A stretch of DNA of 6,792 nt from the NCBI GenBank assembly GCA_027031765.1, contig JALVPN010000059.1:8888-15679 (forward strand), written 5' to 3'. Positions 1 to 5,938 of the stretch are shown piece after piece. How positions within the stretch are numbered: the stretch's first letter is position 1; each line of letters opens with the position of its first letter. A model generated the notes under the pieces. That model was given only the letters and a program-made list of their open reading frames with translations, was not told where the DNA came from and ran no database searches. The stretch is from Promethearchaeota archaeon. Its GTDB lineage: Archaea > Asgardarchaeota > Thorarchaeia > Thorarchaeales > Thorarchaeaceae. Position numbers and translations under genes: made by a program.

Positions 1-1
1 C

Positions 2-559
2 CCTTCGTTAGAGCGCGGTGTCGACCCACCAGAGACCGGCGTGATGGAACGTCCTCCCAGGAAACCGGGCGAGAAAATGATGAACCGTGGCATGGCCTCG
101 TTTGTCGCAGTCGCCGGGTTCGTGGCCTTCGTGTCGTCGTCCTTCATATTCATGTGGGCACTGACCACATACGGTGGCTGGATCCCCGGCATCACGGGCC
201 CGGTGGTCGACTGGTCCGACCCAACATGGCGCCGCGTCCTCCTGCATGCCCGCACGGCCGTGTTCGCAGGTGTCGTGACCTTCGAGCTAGTCTTCGTGTG
301 GAACTGTCGTGATGAGTACCACCCCATCTGGCGCACCGACTGGAAACACTCGTGGGCACTGATGGCTGCGGTGCTCCTCTCTGCGGTCCTGACCCTCGCC
401 ACTATCTACGTGCCCTTCCTGCAGGTGCTGTTCCAGACAATGCCACTGAACGCGATTGACTGGGTCATCATCATAGCGACATGTATACCCGCGCTGTTGA
501 TACCGCCCCACATCCTCTTCGGACACACACACGAGCACTACCCTGGACAGCAACAGTAG
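2..559 (+). CDS. P-type cation-transporting ATPase, type IIA (SERCA/PMR1-like, probably Ca2+), C-terminal part (end of M6, then M7-M10); 5'-truncated by the window
   Basis: Frame 2 is open from base 2: PSLERGVDPPETGVMERPPRKPGE (post-M6 loop, typically ALGxxPxExDVMxRPPR), ARTAVFAGVVTFELVFVWNCR (M8) and IYVPFLQVLFQTMPLNAIDW (M9-M10 loop). This matches the Cation_ATPase_C pattern. TAG at 557-559. The GTG at 41 in the ORF track is internal, not the true start. Confidence 0.93.
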   Translation, partial: PSLERGVDPPETGVMERPPRKPGEKMMNRGMASFVAVAGFVAFVSSSFIFMWALTTYGGWIPGITGPVVDWSDPTWRRVLLHARTAVFAGVVTFELVFVWNCRDEYHPIWRTDWKHSWALMAAVLLSAVLTLATIYVPFLQVLFQTMPLNAIDWVIIIATCIPALLIPPHILFGHTHEHYPGQQQ

Positions 560-646
560 GGTACACCTCGTGTGAGTGGTGCACTCCCACACCCAAGGGG
601 GTGGGGACGCAGGTACAGAACATTTGTCGCAGCCTGTAGTCTGCAC

Positions 647-1483
647 TCAGAGGTGCTCGCGGACCCACGCCACCGCGTCTGCAAGGACTGCGGGCCCTTC
701 GGGGTCGTCATACGGGTCGTGGTACGCGCCCTCGTAGGTCCGCAGGGTCTTGTCGGCAGACGCTATTGACTCGAAGAACCGGATATTCTCCTCTGGCACC
801 ACAATCCTGTCGTCAAGTGGTTGCTGCATCAGTACCGGCAACACGATTTCCGGGCCCATGGTCACAGCCTCTGCGACGGCCCTGAAACCCTCTGCTGCAA
901 ACCTCGTGGTGACCATGTCAAAGCGCAGGGGGTCTTCTCTGTTCCGTCTGACAGCCTCCTTGCTCTTGAACACGAGGTCGAGGTCAAGTCCGTTGTCCAC
1001 GAGCTTCGTCGGGCATACCCTCGACAGCAGGCCCACCAGTGCCTTCAACGGCCGGCTCACCTTCAGCCGTTCCGAGAGCCCTGGTGACGACAGTACGAGT
1101 CCTGCGAGCCTGTCCGCCCTGCGTCTGGTAACGTAGGACACTGCTATCAGGCCGCCGAAGGAGTGACCGAACAAGAACAGTGGTCTCTCTGGGTGCTCCC
1201 CCTGGACCTGCTCAACCAGGGCGTCGACGTCGTCGAGGAACTCGTCGAAACGTTCTATGTGTCCCCTGACGCCGTCATACTCTCCAAAGCCCCTCAGGTC
1301 CGGGGCATAGAATGCAATCCCGTTCTGCTCATAGTATTCGCCAATGGTCGAAATCAGCCCGCTGTGGCTACCGAGCCCGTGGAGTCCAAGGACGACACCA
1401 TCCGGCTCCCCGTCCGGGGCCCAGACCCTCATGGCCATGCGCTTGCCGTCGTAGCCTGTGTAGTGCGTTCTTCTCAGTGGCAC
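647..1483 (-). CDS. Alpha/beta hydrolase, monoacylglycerol lipase/lysophospholipase (Hydrolase_4) family, 278 aa
   Basis: LHGLGSHSG oxyanion motif, DLRGFG, nucleophile elbow GHSFGG (Ser codon 1160-1162), acid in QQPLDDRIV, His in YEGAYHD. GTG start preceded 6 nt upstream by GTGGTGA. Confidence 0.92.
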   Translation of the reverse strand: MPLRRTHYTGYDGKRMAMRVWAPDGEPDGVVLGLHGLGSHSGLISTIGEYYEQNGIAFYAPDLRGFGEYDGVRGHIERFDEFLDDVDALVEQVQGEHPERPLFLFGHSFGGLIAVSYVTRRRADRLAGLVLSSPGLSERLKVSRPLKALVGLLSRVCPTKLVDNGLDLDLVFKSKEAVRRNREDPLRFDMVTTRFAAEGFRAVAEAVTMGPEIVLPVLMQQPLDDRIVVPEENIRFFESIASADKTLRTYEGAYHDPYDDPEGPAVLADAVAWVREHL

Positions 1484-1489
1484 TCGTTG

Positions 1490-1496
1490 TCACCAC
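1490..1496 (-). promoter_or_regulatory. Shine-Dalgarno site (GTGGTGA) for the hydrolase starting at 1483
   Basis: Minus strand reads GTGGTGA-caacga-GTG. GGTGA complements the archaeal 16S 3' tail (GAUCACCUCC). Confidence 0.6.
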
Positions 1497-1630
1497 AACA
1501 TGTGTGGGACGGGCCACCATTTTACTCTTCGTCCTCGACCGCAGGAGTGCTCTCCCAGCTCCAGAGACCCCTTGCTGGCAAGGTACAGCGCCCCCGCTGG
1601 GCCAGTCATCAGCCCCCGTGCAGGGCCCCA

Positions 1631-2479
1631 TCACCTCGGTAGTCTTCTCTCCAGCCACGCATAGATGTCATCGAGTACGCGGTCAGTACCAGACCCCCCG
1701 AGCAACATGTGGTAGTGGTCCTCGTAGAGCACCCATGTCTTGTCAGGTGACGAGAGCCGGTCATAGAACTCCCTGACCTTCCCTACCGGTACCTTGCTGT
1801 CCGCCCCAGCCTGCTGGAGCAGCACCGGCTGCTTGATGACGTCCGCTAGGCGAGAGGCCTCGTCCATCGCCCTGTACATGGATGTCACGAACCTCGGTGT
1901 CAGGGTGTCGCACCGTAGGGAATCCTCCTCCAGTCTCCTCACCACCTCCGGGTCGCCTGAGATTGCACTGCCCTCCATGTCCGCCGGATATGGTGTCTTG
2001 GTGTTGAGCAGCGACAGCACCCAGGCAACAAAGCGCTCCCACCGCCCCATCGGGTGAGCAAGCGCCACCATCGGGCACTGGAGTACCATCCCGTCCGTCA
2101 CAAGCGGGTATGCCAGGACGTACTTGATGACCACAAGCCCACCGAGGGACACCCCGAGCAGGTACGTGAGCCTGTTGATGAACCTGTCCTTCACCTGCAT
2201 CACGATGTTCTGGAGGTCCTCCACGTATTCCTCAAAACTGATCACATGACCACGCGTCCCGGTGTAGTGGCCGAAGCCCCGCATGTCCGGTGCAAAGAGG
2301 GCGAGCCCTCTCTCTGCCAAGAACTGCCCTGCTGTTTCGAGGTCGCCGCCGTGACCACCAAGGTCGTGGACGGCCACAACCAGCGCGCGCGGCCGCTCGT
2401 CCTCCGGTATCCACGCGTGCATGAACATGCGTGTACCGTCGTAGCCGATGTACTGTGTCTCCTCGTGCGCCGCGCTCAT
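1631..2479 (-). CDS. Alpha/beta hydrolase, second monoacylglycerol lipase/lysophospholipase-like paralogue, about 282 aa
   Basis: VHDLGGHGG, DMRGFG, GVSLGG (Ser codon 2147-2149), QQAGADSKV (acid), YEDHYHM (His). The N-terminus aligns with the neighbour (YxGYDGxRMxMxxWxP), which supports the ATG at 2479 over the upstream GTG at 2500 used by the track. Confidence 0.9.
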   Translation of the reverse strand: MSAAHEETQYIGYDGTRMFMHAWIPEDERPRALVVAVHDLGGHGGDLETAGQFLAERGLALFAPDMRGFGHYTGTRGHVISFEEYVEDLQNIVMQVKDRFINRLTYLLGVSLGGLVVIKYVLAYPLVTDGMVLQCPMVALAHPMGRWERFVAWVLSLLNTKTPYPADMEGSAISGDPEVVRRLEEDSLRCDTLTPRFVTSMYRAMDEASRLADVIKQPVLLQQAGADSKVPVGKVREFYDRLSSPDKTWVLYEDHYHMLLGGSGTDRVLDDIYAWLERRLPR

Positions 2480-2675
2480 ACCTACAGCCTGCACGCACAC
2501 CCTAATGTATTCTCTGCAATGCGTCGTCCCCGCCGACTGGCCGGCAAGAGGGACGGGAGTGTGTCCACGCAGGGGACATGCGGCGACGACGGCACAGTCT
2601 GGCCCGTGTGAGGGGGGCGGCCCGTCGCTGAGCCGCCCACCCGTACCAATGATGTCCTCCGGTGGCCCTCTCGTA

Positions 2676-3557
2676 CTAGAACCTCATCGGCTTCGGCTCG
2701 TCGCCTGAGTAGTCATAGAACCCGCGGCCGGCCTTCCTGCCCAGCCATCCAGCCCGCACCATCTTCCTGAGCAGTGCTGGCGCCCGGTATTTGCTGTCCT
2801 TGAACTCGTCGACAAAGTAGTCTGAGATGTACAGCAGGGTGTCCAGGCCCACAAAGTCGGCAAGCGTCAACGGTCCCATGGGCCAGTTCAGACCCAGCTT
2901 GATTGCAAGGTCCATGTCCTCGACCGTGGCGACGCCCTCCTGGACTGCAAAGATTGCCTCGTTGATTGCCGGTACCAGCAGGCGGTTGACCGCGAAGCCG
3001 GGGGCCTCGTTCACTAGCACGGTCTGTTTACCGAGCCTCTCAGAGACCCGTCTTATGACCTCCACCGTCTCGTCTGCTGTCGCCTGCCCCTTGATTATCT
3101 CTACCAGACGCATCACGGGTACCGGGTTGAAGAAGTGCATGCCTATGAACTTCTCCGGCCTGTTCGTGACCGCAGCCATCTGCGTGATGCTGATGCTCGA
3201 TGTGTTCGATGCCAGTATCGCATGTGGTGGTGCCAGGCCGTCGACCTCCTTCCATGTGTCGAGCTTCAGCTGCACCACCTCTGGGATGGCCTCTATTACG
3301 AGGTCGGCCTCTTTCACTGCCTCCTCAAGGTCAAGGACACCATCAATCCGCCCAAGTGTCGCCTCGATCTCCTCCTCTGTGGTCTTGCCCTTCTTCAGAC
3401 CACGTTCGAGGTTCTTCTTGATTGTGGCCATGCCCTTGTCGAGGAAGCGCTGCTCAATGTCTCGCATCTTCACCTCGTAGCCGGCCTGAGCACATACGTG
3501 GGCAATCCCGTTGCCCATCTGCCCTGCACCCAGCACGGCTATCTTCTTTATCTCCAT
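2676..3557 (-). CDS. hbd: 3-hydroxybutyryl-/3-hydroxyacyl-CoA dehydrogenase (NAD-dependent), 293 aa
   Basis: Rossmann motif IAVLGAGQMGNGIA, IEAIPE, ASNTSSISIT, catalytic GMHFFNPVPVM...VEII, PGFAVNRLL, PMGPLTLADFVGLD, GRKAGRGFYDY. Confidence 0.96.
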   Translation of the reverse strand: MEIKKIAVLGAGQMGNGIAHVCAQAGYEVKMRDIEQRFLDKGMATIKKNLERGLKKGKTTEEEIEATLGRIDGVLDLEEAVKEADLVIEAIPEVVQLKLDTWKEVDGLAPPHAILASNTSSISITQMAAVTNRPEKFIGMHFFNPVPVMRLVEIIKGQATADETVEVIRRVSERLGKQTVLVNEAPGFAVNRLLVPAINEAIFAVQEGVATVEDMDLAIKLGLNWPMGPLTLADFVGLDTLLYISDYFVDEFKDSKYRAPALLRKMVRAGWLGRKAGRGFYDYSGDEPKPMRF

Positions 3558-3567
3558 CTCTGGTGTT

Positions 3568-3573
3568 CCTCCT
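3568..3573 (-). promoter_or_regulatory. Shine-Dalgarno site (AGGAGG) for hbd
   Basis: Minus strand reads AGGAGG, 10 nt upstream of the ATG at 3557. Confidence 0.65.
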
Positions 3574-3614
3574 CTGTAGGGGGTGTCTACGCCACTCCCG
3601 CCGGTGCCTGCACG

Positions 3615-3627
3615 TAATATGTTTGAC
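3615..3627 (-). promoter_or_regulatory. Candidate archaeal BRE/TATA promoter for hbd
   Basis: Minus strand gtcaaac-ATATTA is an AT-rich island in GC-rich DNA. It would put the transcription start near 3590 and give a short leader containing the SD. The match to consensus is weak. Confidence 0.35.
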
Positions 3628-4165
3628 TGTTCACACGCCCACCACGGCCCGCATGTTATAGTACACGTGTTCTAGGGCTACATCACAGACCGACACGTTG
3701 GGCATGGTCCTGTGTAGTGGGGGTTGCACAGCTGTCCTATAGTGGTGTACATGTCGGCAGCAGGTCGTCGCTGACCCACTGAGATGATGCGGGTAGTGAG
3801 ATGTTGTGTACCATAACGGTGTTCGCGGCATGTGGCCTGCCCTCACATGCAGACATGCGTGGTGGTGGGATGGGGGTGTGGTTGTCCAGCAGGTCACAGG
3901 TGACAACTAACCAACCAAATAGTGTATGGCTGCTCAAGAGCGTTGCCAGAGGCACGCAGGCGTCACGTATCACGAGTTTCTTCGGACTTGCAGGTGCAGA
4001 TGAACGTCTAGGGGGGAGGGTGTCTCGTCGAGGGTCCTGCTGCAGTGCCCCGGGTTGTAGAAGTGTCAGAAGGGGCTGGCTGAAAGACCTTTCCAGTCGT
4101 TTGAGAGGGATTGCAACAGGAGTCAGACATGTCGTGTGGTGGTGTGCCGTAGGAGTGGGTGCCCG

Positions 4166-4179
4166 CAACAAGATTAATA
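4166..4179 (+). promoter_or_regulatory. Candidate archaeal BRE/TATA promoter for the 4214 gene
   Basis: caacaag-ATTAATA is an A-rich BRE-like stretch followed by a TATA-like box. The predicted transcription start near 4200-4203 lies just before aggtgtga (SD-like, 4203-4210) and the TTG at 4214. Confidence 0.45.
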
Positions 4180-4213
4180 CGAGTTCCAGCAGTCCGTAGT
4201 CTAGGTGTGACCA

Positions 4214-4936
4214 TTGAGTAGGCGTCCTGCATTCCTTACGGTAACGTACTCGGGCTCCGGCTTGAACCCGATGGACTACGAGCGCAAGATGGTGCGCGAG
4301 AAGAACGTGAAGTTTGATGGTGAGGACGGTACCCTTGAGGTCACCGACATCCGTCTGGTCTGGATCAAGAAGCCCTCGCGGTGGGGTGCAGTCAAGAAGG
4401 TCGGTGCGGTGGCCGGTGCCATTGCGGCTGCCGTGGCCGTGGACGCGCTCGGTGATGCTATTGGTGGTCGGGCCGGCCGTGCGGTCAGTCGGGTGGGCTG
4501 GCACGTTGGGGCCGCGATGGCCGGCGTGGCAATAACACACATGGCGCTGGACTCATTCTACAACCGTGATGAGCACGGTAACATGGAGAGCATCGCAATC
4601 CCAATCATCGCCATCAGCCAGGCCGCCCAGAGTGGTGACCGGCTGATTGTCGAGCTCAAGTCAGGCGGCACGGTCGAGTTCAAGTTCAAGCAGAAGAAAG
4701 TGATACCCACGGTGATTGCAAACATCACGAGCGCCCAGCAGGAGGGCAAGTGCCCATACTGCGGTGCGAGTACCATGAATTCACCGACGTGTCCGAACTG
4801 TGGTGCTCCAATCGACTCGTCAGCCACCGGCGGCCCGTCAGCCCCGGCGGGTGGTGGGAAGTTCTGCACCAAGTGTGGCCAGCCACTACCCGCAGATGCC
4901 CGTTTCTGTAGCAAGTGCGGTGCTCCCGTGAGCTAG
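4214..4936 (+). CDS. Hypothetical protein: putative split PH/GRAM-like domain with an inserted Gly/Ala-rich helical hairpin, plus two C-terminal zinc ribbons (4 CxxC)
   Basis: Coding-like codon usage (G/C-ending codons). DGTLEVTDIRLVWIKK...SIAIPIIAISQA...RLIVELKSGGTVEFKF plus a terminal helix is a PH-like strand pattern. CPYC-x9-CPNC and CTKC-x10-CSKC are zinc-ribbon pairs. Start is either TTG 4214 (SD-like element and promoter spacing) or ATG 4271. The CDS call is secure; the fold call is inference. Confidence 0.85.
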   Translation: MSRRPAFLTVTYSGSGLNPMDYERKMVREKNVKFDGEDGTLEVTDIRLVWIKKPSRWGAVKKVGAVAGAIAAAVAVDALGDAIGGRAGRAVSRVGWHVGAAMAGVAITHMALDSFYNRDEHGNMESIAIPIIAISQAAQSGDRLIVELKSGGTVEFKFKQKKVIPTVIANITSAQQEGKCPYCGASTMNSPTCPNCGAPIDSSATGGPSAPAGGGKFCTKCGQPLPADARFCSKCGAPVS

Positions 4937-4980
4937 TGTCCAGCAGGTGCGCATGGCGTCTGCGACGCGGTCTCTGGGCC

Positions 4981-5736
4981 CTACCTGAACAGGTTGAGTC
5001 CCCTGGGCCTGTTGATGTCAGCGCCATGCTCCTCACCGCACTCCACGTCCAGCCCCCTGACTATGACAAAGGGGACTCCTTCCCCGGCCTGCCCCATGAG
5101 GAGTTCTGCTGCTGCTGCCAGCTCGTCCGCTGTGCACACCTTTGACGAACGCAGGACGTAGCCGTACAGGTCGCTCTTCCCACGGTTGTGCGTGAATGCG
5201 TTGACTCCCGCGCAGCCGAGGGCCACGTTGACAGCCCCATCACGCCAGGGGCGTCCCTGAGTGTCGCTGACCACTACTCCCACATGTCTGCCCGTCCTCA
5301 TCACGATCTCGTCGCGGAAACGCTGTGCCGATGCGTCTGGGTCTTCCGGCAGGAGCACGTACGTCCCCCCGGGAGCGTTGGACCTGTCCACCCCGCTGAA
5401 ACTGCATATCGGCCCGCCGCGCGTTTCTGTTATGAGTGCCCGCGCCTCACGCAGGACATCGACGGCCTCCCGGAGGGCAAGTTCTACCTGTACCGGGTCG
5501 AAACCGTTCCTCTCGGCTATCCTGCGGGCCCTCTCACTGACCACGACGCTCTCTGCTGTGACGACCCGTCCCTCCACCTTCGAGACCACCTTGTGGGTGA
5601 TGACGACCACATCGCCGTCCTGGAGGTGCACCCCCTCAGAGCTGAGCCCCGTGAGCAGGTGTCCTACAATGTCGTCACCACTGCGGAAGTCGTGTCGTGT
5701 GCGTATCCCAATGACCCGGTACTCCTTGGTCACCAT
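4981..5736 (-). CDS. cofE: Coenzyme F420-0:L-glutamate (gamma-glutamyl) ligase, about 251 aa
   Basis: GDD..., DGDVVVITHKVVSKVEGR, GVDRSN, SDTQGRPWRDGAVNVALGCAG, DLYG, ADELAAAAELLMGQAGEGVPFVIVRG and a terminal RP...LFR are the CofE family motifs. The ATG at 5736 has GGGGTG 6 nt upstream; the track's GTG at 5745 lies inside that SD. Confidence 0.94.
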   Translation of the reverse strand: MVTKEYRVIGIRTRHDFRSGDDIVGHLLTGLSSEGVHLQDGDVVVITHKVVSKVEGRVVTAESVVVSERARRIAERNGFDPVQVELALREAVDVLREARALITETRGGPICSFSGVDRSNAPGGTYVLLPEDPDASAQRFRDEIVMRTGRHVGVVVSDTQGRPWRDGAVNVALGCAGVNAFTHNRGKSDLYGYVLRSSKVCTADELAAAAELLMGQAGEGVPFVIVRGLDVECGEEHGADINRPRGLNLFR

Positions 5737-5922
5737 GTCAGCCACCCCGTTGTCGCTGCCACAACAAGGCCGGTAATGCGAGCCTCACTCTACGCCCACT
5801 GGCTGGTGGAACCCTTGACCGGCGGCGTCCGAGTGCGCCCCGTGGAGCACGACATGCCCTGGTTGCGGTCTCCGATGCCATTTGCAGGCGCCCTGAGCGC
5901 TGCAGAGGGGCTCTGACGGCAA

Positions 5923-5938
5923 ATGACTAATAAGTCAT
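5923..5938. promoter_or_regulatory. Palindrome ATGACT-aata-AGTCAT in the divergent cofE/top6B intergenic region; candidate operator overlapping a TATA-like core
   Basis: Perfect 6-bp AT-rich inverted repeat with a 4-nt spacer (7 of 8 half-site positions symmetric), in the only AT-rich patch of this spacer. Confidence 0.4.

Noticed and set aside
560-646. Hairpins in the convergent gaps (GAGTG-gtg-CACTC at 574-586; GCGTC-tgc-GACGC at 4956-4968) as terminators.
   Set aside because: Stems are only 5 bp with no oligo-T tract on either strand, and several such repeats are expected by chance in GC-rich spacers.
1544-1599. Tandem short palindromes between the hydrolases (CCTTGC-tg-GCAAGG at 1570-1583; CAGCG-cccc-CGCTG at 1586-1599) as a repeat family or CRISPR-like unit.
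   Set aside because: The palindromes share no sequence with each other or with other spacers and show no periodic repeat-spacer structure; their number is close to chance.
1484-1633. The two hydrolases are in the same reading frame and the upstream one ends in TGA, suggesting selenocysteine or read-through fusion.
   Set aside because: A second in-frame TGA at 1490-1492 is part of the GGTGA SD of the downstream gene, the 49-codon linker is not protein-like, both enzymes are complete domains, and I see no SECIS-like element.
2827-3480. Long plus-strand ORFs antisense to hbd, the hydrolases and cofE (750-1136, 1163-1642, 2054-2611, 2827-3480, 5188-5916, 5261-5776).
   Set aside because: Typical shadow ORFs of GC-rich coding DNA with no recognisable motifs; the opposite strand carries well-supported genes.
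3770-3792. CTGA and ATGATG motifs suggestive of a C/D-box sRNA.
   Set aside because: The C box is incomplete (ATGATGC rather than RTGATGA) and the CTGA motifs lie upstream of it, which is the wrong order.
3737-4540. 267-aa minus-strand ORF and the 132-aa plus-strand ORF 3801-4199.
   Set aside because: No coding-like codon bias, SD or domain signature; the longer ORF overlaps the real 4214 gene in antisense.
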